The notes under the pieces were generated by a model. It saw nothing but the letters and a program-made list of their open reading frames with translations. It was not told the DNA's origin and searched no databases. 64,000 nucleotides of DNA, taken from the NCBI GenBank assembly GCA_002269645.1, contig NIVC01002325.1:1-64000 (forward strand), in the 5' to 3' direction. Positions 1 through 11,364 of this stretch are shown in pieces (position 1 is the stretch's first letter; the number at the start of each line of letters is the position of its first letter). The position numbers and the translations under genes were made by a program. The stretch is from Macrostomum lignano. Lineage: Eukaryota.

Positions 1-298
1 GTCTCAAAGGCCATCACAAAAACTGCAATCGCCAATTCTCAAAGCCCGGCTCTGCCATCACAAAACTGCAATCGCCAATTCTCAAAGCCCGGCTCTGCCA
101 TCACAAAACTGCAATCGCCAATTCTCAAAGCCCGGCTCTGCCATCACAAAACTGCAATCGCCAATTCTCAAAGCACGGCTCTGCCATCACAAAACTGCAA
201 TCGTCAATTTCAAAGCCCGGCTCTGCCATCACAAAACTGCAATCGCCAATTCTCAAAGCCCGGCTCTGCCATCACAAAACTGCAATCGCCAATTCTCT
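1..298. repeat. Minisatellite, 43-bp unit (CTCTGCCATCACAAAACTGCAATCGCCAATTCTCAAAGCCCGG), about 7 copies, truncated by window start
   Basis: Direct tandem repetition visible in sequence. Confidence 0.95.
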
Positions 299-555
299 CA
301 GCTGCCAACAGCGATTTGTGAGCTAGACGGCAATAGCATTTGCTGAGTATTTACTGCCATAAAATGGCAAATATTCCAGCAGCTGAAAGGCAAAGCATTG
401 CGCCGCATCATACGCTGAAAGGAAAGCAGATTAATCTGGGCCGTCATGGAGTGACAGCAAATAAGCAGAAAAGTTAAAGGAATAATCATAAACGATGCGC
501 ACTGCAACATCCTGCAGCTAATAAATAAAGCTTAAGATCAACATTTATGGCGAAA

Positions 556-593
556 ACCAACGCGTTTCAACCCACTAGGGCCGTCGTCAGGGT
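556..593 (-). ncRNA. Minimal type I hammerhead ribozyme motif, Penelope-like-element type
   Basis: Minus strand reads ACC-CTGACGA-C-GGCCC-TAGT-GGGTT-GAA-ACGCGT-T-GGT. It has the CUGANGA and GAAA core, a 5-bp stem II with 2 G-U pairs, a palindromic ACGCGT stem III and a 3-bp stem I (ACC/GGT). There is one extra base after the core, and the cleavage triplet is GUU. Confidence 0.6.
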
Positions 594-878
594 ATATTTT
601 ATCATTGAACGAAACACTCAATATAAATAAGCAAACGATTGTACTATCTCAAGTGTCATTTGAAAACGGAAAATTAAGCGAGCAACTTGAATATGACTTT
701 AACCTGAACTTGCCATGGCTTTAGCCAGTTACCTGAACTAAATAAACTTAGTTCAGCAACACAACCGATTGCTTTTAAAATATTATTGCTGGTGATAAGA
801 GGTTGAAGAAACCTCGGAATACGGTCCAATTTTCTTGGTTCAGCTGCCAAAGGAGATTCAAATTTCAAAAATGCAGTC

Positions 879-934
879 TTGGAGCCCGTCGGCCTCTCCG
901 GCATCTCCGCGATAGAGGAGCCGGCCTCAGCCAT
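879..934 (-). pseudogene. Truncated 5' end of an MS4A-like paralog (MAEAGSSIAEMPERPTGS...)
   Basis: Homologous to the start of the gene at 7839 (MAEADNPTVEMPERPTGSQ), with the same upstream CCAG acceptor. Homology stops at about 879. Confidence 0.75.
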
Positions 935-967
935 TCTGGACGGGGCTGGAATGATTGGGTAATGTTT

Positions 968-1310
968 GATAGCACTCTGCCTGGCACTCTGCCTGGCACT
1001 CCGTCTAGCACACCGCCTGGCACTCTGTCTAGCACACTGCCTGGCACTCTGTCTAGCACACTGTCTGGCACTCTGTTTAGCACACTATCGAACACACTAC
1101 CTGGCACTCTGTCTAGCACAGGCCTGGTACTCTGTCTAGCACACTGCCTAACACACTACCTGGCACTCTGTCTAGCACACTGCCTGGCACTTTGTCTAGC
1201 ACTCTGCCTGGCACTCGTTCTAGCACACTGTCTAACGCACTACCTGGCACTCTGTTGGGGACTCTATCTAGTTATCTGCACAGCACTTATCTAGCACTCT
1301 GTCTTGTAGG
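968..1310. repeat. Degenerate GGCACTCTGTCTAGCACACT-type tandem repeat in the upstream (putative 5'UTR intron) region; shorter paralog at about 7875-8020
   Basis: Tandem GGCACTCT/CTAGCAC motifs seen at both paralogous sites. Confidence 0.8.
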
Positions 1311-1845
1311 CCCCCTTATCTTGCCCTCTGCCTAGCACTATCCACCCTTCTATCTACCCCTCAATCTACCCCTATCTAGCCCTTTATACACCCCCTATCT
1401 AGCTCCTTATCTAGCCTTCTATCTACCCCTCTATTTTACCCTCTATCTAGCTCTCTACCGGGTCGTCTATCTACCATTCTGACTACTCGTACCTAGCACT
1501 GACGATTCTGACGGACAGGTAAAATTGCTGAAGCAGCATCGCGTGGCACTGCTAGAGTGTCGGGTAGAAGCCTAGAAGGTTATAATATATTACCACATTA
1601 ATACCAAACTCAACTTTAGCCATTCGAAAATGTTGAAACTTTTATTTTATATTTAAATCATATAAAAACAAAAAAGCCGCTAAACGGTAAAATCGGAAAA
1701 AAGCGTCACACGGCTGCAGCAGGCCCACAGAGTCTGCCGGGGGGTGAGAACTATTGAAATCTCTGAGTCTATTGAAAGACTTCAGGCTCCATGAGGGAAT
1801 TTAGAATCTGTAAACAGGACTTCACGATCTTAGCATCTATTATGG

Positions 1846-3905
1846 AACTTGGGGATCTATAATGGAACTTGGGGATCTATAATGGAACTTAGGGATCTAT
1901 TATGGAACTTGGGGATCTATAATGGAACTTGGGGATCTATTATGGAACTTGGGGATCTATAATGGAACTTAGGGATCTATTATGGAACTTGGGGATCTAT
2001 TATGGAACTTGGGGATCTATAATGGAACTTGGGGATCTATTATGGAACTCGGGGATCTACTCGTATTATCGAACTTGGGGATCTATTATGGAACTTGGGG
2101 ATCTATTATGGAACTTAGGGATCTATTATGGAACTTCGGGATCTGTCATGGAACTTGGGGATCTATTATGGAACTTCGGGATCTGTCATGGAACTTGGGG
2201 ATCTATTATGGAACTTCGGGATCTGTCATGGAACTTGGGGATCTATTATGGAACTTCGGGATCTGTCATGGAACTTGGGGATCTATTATGGAACTTGGGG
2301 ATCTATTATGGAACTTGGGATCTATTATGGAACTTCGGGATCTGTCATGGAACTTGGGGATCTATTATGGAACTTCGGGATCTGTCATGGAACTTGGGGA
2401 TCTATTATGGAACTTCGGGATCTGTCATGGAACTTGGGGATCTATTATGGAACTTCGGGATCTGTCATGGAACTTGGGGATCTATTATGGAACTTCGGGA
2501 TCTGTCATGGAACTTGGGATCTATTATGGAACTTCGGGATCTGTCATGGAACTTGGGGATCTATTATGGAACTTGGGGATCTGTCATGGAACTCGGGGAT
2601 CTATTATGGAACTTGGGGATCTATTATGGAACTTGGGGATCTATTATGGAACTTGGGGATCTATTATGGAACTTCGGGATCTGTCATGGAACTTGGGATC
2701 TATTATGGAACTCGGGGATCTATTATGGAACTTGGGGATCTATTATGGAACTTGGGGATCTATTATGGAACTTGGGGATCTATCATGGAACTCGGGGATC
2801 TATTATCGAACTTGGGGATCTATTATGGAACTTGGGGATCTATTATGGAACTTGGGGATCTATTATGGAACTTCGGGATCTGTCATGGAACTTGGGATCT
2901 ATTATGGAACTTCGGGATCTGTCATGGAACTTGGGGATCTATTATGGAACTTCGGGATCTGTCATGGAACTTGGGGATCTATTATGGAACTTCGGGATCT
3001 GTCATGGAACTTGGGGATCTATTATGGAACTTGGGATCTGTCATGGAACTCGGGATCTATTATGGAACTTGGGGATCTATTATGGAACTTGGGGATCTAT
3101 TATGGAACTTGGGGATCTATTATGGAACTTCGGGATCTGTCATGGAACTTGGGATCTATTATGGAACTCGGGGATCTATTATGGAACTTGGGGATCTATT
3201 ATGGAACTTGGGGATCTATTATGGAACTTGGGGATCTATCATGGAACTCGGGGATCTATTATCGAACTTGGGGATCTATTATGGAACTTGGGATCTATTA
3301 TGGAACTTGGGGATCTATTATGGAACTTCGGGATCTGTCATGGAACTTGGGATCTATTATGGAACTTGGGGATCTGTTATGGAACTTGGGGATCTATTAT
3401 GGAACTTGGGGATCTGTCATGGAACTTGGGGATCTATTATGGAACTTGGGGATCTATTATGGAACTTGGGGATCTATTATCGAACTTGGGGATCTGTTAT
3501 GGAACTTGGGGATCTATTATGGAACTTGGGGATCTATTATGGAACTTCGGGATCTATTATGGAACTTCGGGATCTGTCATGGAACTTGGGGATCTATTAT
3601 GGAACTTGGGGATCTATTATGGAACTTGGGGATCTATTATGGAACTTCGGGATCTGTCATGGAACTTGGGGATCTATTATGGAACTTGGGGATCTGTTAT
3701 GGAACTTGGGATCTATTATGGAACTTGGGGATCTGTCATGGAACTTGGGATCTATTATGGAACTTGGGGATCTATTATGGAACTTGGAGATCTATTATGG
3801 AACTTGGGGATCTATTATGGAACTTGGGGATTTATTATGGAACTTGGGGATCTATCATGGAACTTGGGGATCTATCATAGACTTTTGGGTCTATTAAGAG
3901 ACTTT
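1846..3905. repeat. Minisatellite, 20-bp unit (GGAACTTGGGGATCTATTAT), about 100 copies
   Basis: Direct periodicity. The three overlapping 589-664 aa ORFs are repeat translations. Confidence 0.97.
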
Positions 3906-4183
3906 TGGATTGGAAAGCAGTGAAAAAACCTGACTGACTGAGGGCTGATTTCCCCTAGCATAGCGGGAATCGGTTGCAAGTTTCTTAGCAAGCGCGAAAT
4001 TTCTTAGTGAGCCGCAGTAACTGCAGAAACAGGTAAAAATGAGCACCGAAGCTGGTTTGAAGATGCAGACACTGCATGCGCACAGCTACTATATTTCAAG
4101 TGAAGAGAAATATACCAGAGCTGGAGTCGCCACGGTCGTGTCTCATTCGCACGGCTAAAAATGTGCAGATTCAGCAGCCCGGC

Positions 4184-5087
4184 TCAGTTCGGCGGCTTGC
4201 CGTCATCTCCGGCCAGCAGCCCCCGGCGCTCCTCGGCCTCGCCAGCCAGCTGGCCGCTGAAGAGCCGCAGAAACTCGGAGCCGCAGGCGAAGTGCAGCAA
4301 GAGGAAAATGGCAAATATGAGGCTCTGCAGGGGGGTGCGGACAGAACTCGATTCACAATTTAGCTCTGGCCAGTGACCTCAAGTGAACCCTGCCTCCATG
4401 CCAGCCTAGCGGTTACAGTGTCGGACTCCCGACTTGAAGGTGAGGGGTTCGATTCCCGATCCCACTGGAACAGAGTGTGTCCATGAGCAAGACACTTAAG
4501 TCTGCATTGCTTCAGTTCACTCAGCTGTAAAATGGGTGCCAGCATTAGCTGGGGTATTTGAGGGTGTGTGGCGCCCCCCCCCCTGATGTGCGAGGATCCC
4601 AAAAATCCCTGGGTCGAATTGAACCTGGGTACTCTAGATTCAGACGCATTGACTACTGCTCTGCTCTATTCGATCTACTTGTGCTGTCTGAGTTGCTGGG
4701 GCGGCGGCAACATCAAGGCAAATTACCATGAAAAAAGCAGAAAGCAGCAGAAACAGGCCGCATCCAAAAGAGAGCGCAGCAGGGACCTCGCTTAAGTCTC
4801 CCCGGCCGACAACGCCAGGTAGGCAGACTCCGATAGCCGGCAGGTTGAGCAGCAGGCCGCAGACCCAGTAAGCCGGGGATGGAGCTGCGCTGCTTCAAAA
4901 CTCGCCACGCAGCCGCGATGCCCATGGCCGAAGTCACCGCGATGACGGGGCTGCTCCAGTAGACGGCCGGAACGCCAGAGCCGTCAGTCGCGCACCAGAT
5001 GCACGCGGCGAACAGGACCCAAGCCACGATAAACTGCTGCCCGTACCAAAACATGCTTCTTATCATGTAGGTCCTGGTGGCCACCAT
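4184..5087 (-). CDS. Divergent 4-TM (MS4A/CD20-like) protein, two coding exons (5087-4727; 4324-4184), one apparent +1 frameshift near 4875
   Basis: Exon 1 reads MVATRT...FIVAWVLFAACIW...YWSSPVIAVTSAMGIAAAWR..SSI(P)AYWVCGLLLNLPAIGVCL...ALSFGCGLFLLLSAFFM if one C of ATCCCCGG is removed. A phase-0 donor ATG|GTAATT joins a phase-0 acceptor CTGCAG|AGC, giving SLIFAIFLLLHFACGSEFLRLF...KPPN*. Family assignment is from topology and context. Confidence 0.7.
4395..4600 (+). mobile_element. tRNA-derived SINE in intron
   Basis: tRNA-like head with A-box-like CCTAGCGGTTA and B-box GGTTCGATTCCC (about 4446-4457). It is followed by GTGTCCATGAGCAAGACACTT...CACTCAGCTGTAAAATGGGTGCC, resembling the conserved central domains of metazoan SINE superfamilies. 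Confidence 0.75.
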
Positions 5088-5130
5088 CTCTGCAACTGAG
5101 AAGTAGCGAGGGAAAGATGAAAGCTACAGC

Positions 5131-5310
5131 CACTCACTCACTCACTCACTCTCTCACTCACTCACTCACTCACTCACTCACTCACTCACTCACTCTCTCA
5201 CTCACTCACTCACTCACTCACTCACTCACTTATTCACTCACTCACTTACTCGCTCACTCATTCATTCACTCACTTACTCACTCACTCACTCATTCACTCA
5301 CTTACTCACA
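5131..5310. repeat. (CTCA)n microsatellite
   Basis: Direct. Confidence 0.97.
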
Positions 5311-6530
5311 TTGATCGGGTTTGATTTTAATCTGTTTAACACTGTTTTAAGAGAAACGATTGTTCTCGGCATATACTGTATGCCATGGTTTTGCATTCGC
5401 ATGTTTTGATTGGTTTCTCTGAAATCAAATTGTTTATGTCAATCGTTTTTTGATATGCCATCTGTTTGCAGACGTTATTTCAGTGAAGTTATTCGTGAAG
5501 GATATACGAGCACTGTGAAAAAGATTAATTCTCAAATTGGTTGCTCCATAGACCCCCTTTTGGAGCATAGACAATGAAAAGCAAGTTTTCAACAGCTTGA
5601 TTCTCCCAATAAGGAATAAATTGCTTGCTCATAGGCTCAATTGGCTTGGTATGTCTATTTATAGCAATCAGATGTGTTACAAACACGGCCGGTCGGCGGT
5701 CGCCCGATCCCACAGACGCAGGTGTCATCTTTAGTAAGTAGAAAAAAACATTTTAGTATATTGGATAACCTAGATAGGTTTAAATAAACTGTAGACGGGT
5801 TTCGTGTTAAATCAATGAAGAAGAGTCACGCCGTGGTTTGCCTTCGCTTTGCTTCTTTTATTGCTTGAGTTGTCTTGAGTGTAGAAGATGTTAAGCGAAA
5901 GAAAATGCTAGCCAGCTGCTGCGTACTTATCATTTATTTTTGGCCTTCCGGAAATTTCTAAATTATTTGAGTACAGTAAAACATTCTACACTTGGTATTG
6001 TTTGTACAGTATTCATATCAAGTATGATGATAAATAACAGTAATTAAATAAATATCGAGTTATTACAAAACCCCATGCGAGCGTATAACATCTGCACCAG
6101 AAGCAATCAAGCACTGAAGAGCATCAAATAAACATTGGATCTACATCTACAAATGTACTACAGAAAGAAACGATACAATGCACTGCAAGCTATTCACACA
6201 AGAAATATTTTCCTTTCTTTCATTAGGCTCAAGATGCTCAAAAGACGTCTTTTTCGTCTGTCGTTAGATAAATAACATCAATAGCTGCGATTTTAGATAT
6301 TGAATCATAATGTTGTGATTGGGATCCGTTGTAAAGACGCCACTCCGAATCACTCGTACTCGTATCAACTAAATAGGTTGACCAAACTCTTTTCATCTAC
6401 ATAGATTTACTTATGAAAAGAAATGGCTTATTCAGAGTACATGCAATTATGCACAGTATAAAATAACATTCAGGCTTCAGCCTAGTATGCACGTTCATGT
6501 ACACTCGGACACATCCATCTCTGTAAGAGT

Positions 6531-7025
6531 TCAGACTGCCTTCTGAAGAGGTTGAGATTCTGGCTGATGCTGCTGAACCTGTTGGTAAGTTCGAGAAGCC
6601 GATGCCGCATCGGCGGCCGAAAAGTAGGCCTTGATAGGGCGATAGCAAAGCTGCGTCCTTATGAGGTTATGAGATCAATGTGCGGCTGGTTCATCCGCTG
6701 CTGCATGCACTGCTGCTGCTGCGTGGCTGGCTGTATTTGCAGCAGCAGGAGGCGCGGCAGACGTTGCAACTGTGCACCAAGGCGATGACCAGGCCGAAGG
6801 CTAGCAGCAGGGAGCAGATCAGGCTGGTTGCAGGCAGCGACTCGACGATCATGGCGGTGAAGGCCATGAGAGCGTTCAGGCAGCTCAGCACCAGGCAGGC
6901 CACCACGCCGCACTTTGTGCCGGCACGCCGGCCAGCAGTAAGAAGGTCTGACGTCAGACCAGACGCCACCGGCCGCCAGCGAGCATCCGTTGCCGATGCC
7001 CGAGCGGAGTATCGCTTAGGTGTAA
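6531..7025 (-). pseudogene. MS4A-like relic or partial gene (TM2-TM4 plus Q-rich tail; no TM1 found)
   Basis: Reads ...LTAGRRAGTKCGVVACLVLSCLNALMAFTAMIV...LLLAFGLVIALVHSCNVCRASCCC, matching the family CRASCC motif. The tail is split over frames and stops, and the 5' part is replaced by a minisatellite. Confidence 0.65.
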
Positions 7026-7029
7026 CTCT

Positions 7030-7165
7030 GAGCTCAGTTGTGGTAGCTCAGGTGTGGTACTCATGATGGTAGCTCAGGTGTGGTGCTCATGATCGTAGCT
7101 CAGGTGTGGTGCTCATAATAATAGCTCAGGTGTGTGATGCTCGTGATGGTAGCTCAAGTAGCTCA
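7030..7165. repeat. Short minisatellite, about 25-bp unit (GTAGCTCAGGTGTGGTGCTCATGAT), beginning at the stop codon of the 7163 gene
   Basis: Direct. Confidence 0.85.
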
Positions 7166-7839
7166 GACCAAGTACGTAGCTGGGGGAGGCTGCTTGCTGC
7201 CCCCGCCACAATTTATCAGTGGCTGCTGCTGCTGGAAGCCGCCAAGAGGCTGCAGCTGCACCTGGAAGGCCGGCTGCTGGGTCGCGGCTCCGTCATGGGG
7301 CACGAGCTGCACCTGGTACCGCGGCCGGTCGGACTGGGAGACGCAGCCGGCGGCGGTGCGGATGTGACTCACACCGAATGCCAGCTGCAGCAAGCAAGAA
7401 ATGATGACCAGCAAGAGCAGGACTGCGCTGCGGATGTACAGCACCCGGAATGCCGTTGGCGAACTCACGCTGCCCTCGGGGCCTACGTAGTTCTTCTCAT
7501 TCTTGCCCGGGAACAGCTGCACCAGCCAGAAGGCGGCGCCGCAGCACAGCAGGATGGCGATGCCGCTGATGGCGACGCTGACGACGAAGTTGCAACGCAC
7601 GCAGGTGTGCCGCAGTCCGGCCACAATGGCCGCCGCGCCAGACAGAACCACCGCGGGGCCGCACACGCAGCCGCTGTGGGCGGACAGGTAGCGCTCGTCC
7701 TGCCGCATCGACACGCTGCCGAGGCTCAGCGAAGCAGCACACAGCCAACCAGGATCTCTATGGAGCCACAGATCACGTGAGCCTGGGAGCCCGTCGGCCT
7801 CTCCGGCATCTCCACGGTGGGGTTGTCGGCCTCAGCCAT
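7163..7839 (-). CDS. MS4A/CD20-like 4-TM protein, single coding exon, one apparent -1 frameshift near 7730
   Basis: MAEADNPTVEMPERPTGSQAHVICGSIEILVGCVLL (TM1 matching family HVIMGxIQ) joins, with 1 base added, the 183-aa ORF ...GPAVVLSGAAAIVAG...VVSVAISGIAILLCCGAAFWL...LLLLVIISCLLQLAFG...PPPATYLV*. Acceptor CCAG lies 1 nt before the ATG. Confidence 0.75.
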
Positions 7840-8724
7840 GCTGGACAGGGCAGGAATGGTTGGGTAATGTTTGATAGCACTCTGCTTGGCACTCTATCTG
7901 GCACTCTGTCTGGCACTCTGCCCGGCACTCTGTCTGGCACTCGATCTAGCACTCTGCCTAGCACCTATGCAGCACTCTGTTGGGGACTCTACCTAGTTAT
8001 CTGCACAGCACTCCTCTAGCACTCTGTCTTGAAGGCCTCCTCTATCTTACACTCTGCCTAACACTATCTACTACTCATTTCTATCTACTACCACTCTACC
8101 CATCAAACCACTCCATCTACTCCTCTATCTAGCTCTCTACCTTGTCATCTATTTACCATTTTGTCTATCTAGCACAGAGGATTCTGACGGGCAGGTAAAA
8201 ATTGATGAAGCAGCATCAAATTATAACCTATTGTTGATAATAGGTAAAAAAAGCAGTGCTAGAGTTTTATCTAGAAGGTTATAGGTTATAATATAGCTTG
8301 TTAATGGCGTTGGCTGCAATTAACGCCATTGAGAGGGCCAACCACCAAGGCACAGTGAAGTGTACATGCCTAACGATAAATAAAGTTAGGACCGCTTATA
8401 TATTAATGCATTAACATCAGAATAAAATTAAAATTCGAAAAAAAAAGATTTTTCTATTTAAAATCTAAACGGAATCACGGAATGTGCAAGACACTCAGAA
8501 ATAGACAGATGGCTGATTTTAAGTGCCGAGTAGCGATGTAATAAGAGATTCTCACTGCCGAATAGAGTCGGACAGACAGGCACTCAGCAGTACTAAAAAG
8601 TTTCCGGTCAGATTTCTAATAATAAATAAATCGATATTCGCTGTTCTTTGTTCGAGCAATTCACTAAAAACGGTGAGCTCGTTGACAGGTGTTGCTTCTG
8701 CTAGCAGCGGACAGCGCCGCCGCG

Positions 8725-9312
8725 TCACACCGGCTGCAGCAAGCGCACGTCCGAGTCCGCCTGCGGCTCCGTCCCGGCGTCAGGGAAGTCCGTCAGCGGC
8801 TGCCTGTCGGGCTCCTCGGCCACGCAGCAGCAGGAGGCGCGGCAGGCGAAGGCGGCCTGCACGATGGCCACCACCAGGCCGAGCAGGAACACTAGGAACC
8901 AGAGCACGTCGGCCGGCGTGAAGTACACCGGAAACATTGCTGCCCCCGGCATGACCCCGACCTGCGCCGCCATCACGGAGCCCAATACGATGGCCACCAC
9001 CGACACCATGGCGGAGATGACACTGAGCACCAAACAGCCGATGATGCAGCAGAAGGTGAGCACGCGGCCCTTGCCGGCTAGCAGTCCGAAAGTCCCGGCC
9101 GAGATGAAGAACACGCCGGTCCAGAACCCCGCGTACATGTTCGGGTTCACCGAGTAGTCATGCGCCAGCCGGCTGTAGATGTTCAGAAAGATAAGCAGGC
9201 ATCCCACGGTGATTTGGATGGCGCCCATGATCACGTGAGCTCTGAGGACGCTGGCCGGCAGCAGCTTGGCGTAGCGGCTGAGGGCGGGACCGCTCGGCGA
9301 TGGAGCTTCCAT
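8725..9312 (-). CDS. MS4A/CD20-like 4-TM protein, intact 195 aa
   Basis: Four hydrophobic segments with CD20-family signatures: IMGAIQITVG; YAGFWTGVFFISAG; CLVLSVISA; LVVAIVQAAFACRASCCC. Confidence 0.88.
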   Translation of the reverse strand: MEAPSPSGPALSRYAKLLPASVLRAHVIMGAIQITVGCLLIFLNIYSRLAHDYSVNPNMYAGFWTGVFFISAGTFGLLAGKGRVLTFCCIIGCLVLSVISAMVSVVAIVLGSVMAAQVGVMPGAAMFPVYFTPADVLWFLVFLLGLVVAIVQAAFACRASCCCVAEEPDRQPLTDFPDAGTEPQADSDVRLLQPV

Positions 9313-9444
9313 GGCTGCCGGGCTGAAAGCCGATGGGCAACGGGGAAACTGTACAGTTCAGAGCCGCATTAAAATTCTGAGCTGCATGCCTTGAATGCTT
9401 GATGATGTGGATGCGTGCTTTGAAGATTGGAGCATGCGTGCTTT

Positions 9445-10950
9445 GAATGCTGCAATGTGAATCTGGACTGACTCAAATGTGACTGCAATGTGAATCTGGA
9501 CTGACTCAAATGTGACTGCAATGTGAATCTGGACTGACTCAAATGTGACTGCAATGTGAATCTGGACTGACTCAAATGTGACTGCAATGTGAATCTGGAC
9601 TGACTCAAATGTAACTGCAATGTGAATCTGGACTGACTCAAATGTGACTGCAATGTGAATCTGGACTGACTCAAATGTAACTGCAATGTGAATCTGGACT
9701 GACTCAAATGTGACCGCAATGTGAATCTGGACTGACTCAAATGTGACCGCTATGTGAATCTGGACTGACTCAAATGTAACTGCAATGTGAATCTGGACTG
9801 ACTCAAATGTAACTGCAATGTGAATCTGGACTGACTCAAATGTGACTGCAATGTGAATCTGGACTGACTCAAATGTGACTGCAATGTGAATCTGGACTGA
9901 CTCAAATGTGACTGCAATGTGAATCTGGACTGACTCAAATGTGACTGCAATGTGAATCTGGACTGACTCAAATGTGACTGCAATGTGAATCTGGACTGAC
10001 TCAAATGTGACTGCAATGTGAATCTGGACTGACTCAAATGTGACTGCAATGTGAATCTGGACTGACTCAAATGTGACTGCAATGTGAATCTGGACTGACT
10101 CAAATGTAACTGCAATGTGAATCTGGACTGACTCAAATGTGACTGCAATGTGAATCTGGACTGACTCAAATGTGACTGCAATGTGAATCTGGACTGACTC
10201 AAATGTGACTGCAATGTGAATCTGGACTGACTCAAATGTGACTGCAATGTGAATCTGGACTGACTCAAATGTGACTGCAATGCGAATCTGGACTGACTCA
10301 AATGTGACCGCTATGTGAATCTGGACCGACTCAAATGTGACTGCAATGTGAATCTGGACTGACTCAAATGTGACTGCAATGTGAATCTGGACTGACTCAA
10401 ATGTAACTGCAATGTGAATCTGGACTGACTCAAATGTGACTGCAATGTGAATCTGGACTGACTCAAATGTGACTGCAATGTGAATCTGGACTGACTCAAA
10501 TGTGACTGCAATGTGAATCTGGACTGACTCAAATGTGACTGCAATGTGAATCTGGACTGACTCAAATGTGACTGCAATGCGAATCTGGACTGACTCAAAT
10601 GTGACCGCTATGTGAATCTGGACCGACTCAAATGTGACTGCAATGTGAATCTGGACTGACTCAAATGTGACTGCAATGTGAATCTGGACTGACTCAAATG
10701 TGACTGCAATGTGAATCTGGACTGACTCAAATGTAACTGCAATGTGAATCTGGACTGACTCAAATGTGACTGCAATGTGAATCTGGACTGACTCAAATGT
10801 GACTGCAATGTGAATCTGGACTGACTCAAATGTGACTGCAATGTGAATCTGGACTGACTCAAATGTGACTGCAATGCGAATCTGGACTGACTCAAATGTG
10901 ACCGCTATGTGAATCTGGACCGACTCAAATGTGACTGCAATGTGAATCGG
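9445..10950. repeat. Minisatellite, 33-bp unit (GCAATGTGAATCTGGACTGACTCAAATGTGACT) with 297-bp higher-order period
   Basis: Direct. Variant CCGCTA recurs at 10308, 10605 and 10902. Confidence 0.97.
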
Positions 10951-11364
10951 CAGTGCAAAAAAAGTGTAAGCAACAACCTAAAACTGAAAAGATTAATAAG
11001 TCTAAGCAAAAAAGATAAAACACACGCGTATGATAGCTCAAAATAGATTGGCATGCCCAGATCTGTTTAATAGTTCTCCAATATTCTCCAGTCTCGAAGA
11101 CCGACGAGTGCAAAATGAATTTCAAATTCAGCAATAAACTGCAGCGCTATAAAAAGCTGAACAGATGAAGCTAAATTGGAATAAAAAACCAACACACTGT
11201 CCGATAAAATTTGTGACTATCGCCGCTAAAAGGAATGCAGATCATGGATAAAAAATATTGGTTAAAAAAGCTGCAATACAACAGATTGGCTTAATTTCCT
11301 TAGTCACTGGCCAAGCATCAGTGTGCTAACTTTAACAGACATGCGGCCTATCTCAGACTTCAGG

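Noticed and set aside
879-1600. Dispersed SINE/LTR-like element (two copies, 0.9 and 7.8 kb)
   Set aside because: The shared segment includes the ATG and first codons of a family gene, so it is a segmental gene duplication relic rather than a transposon.
1929-3923. 589-664 aa ORFs
   Set aside because: They are three overlapping frames of a 20-bp minisatellite, and the peptide is a 20-aa periodic artefact.
7106-7780. Plus-strand GC-rich ORFs overlapping the TM genes (here and at 19136, 22070, 49332, 51051)
   Set aside because: Antisense shadows of GC3-rich coding exons on the minus strand.
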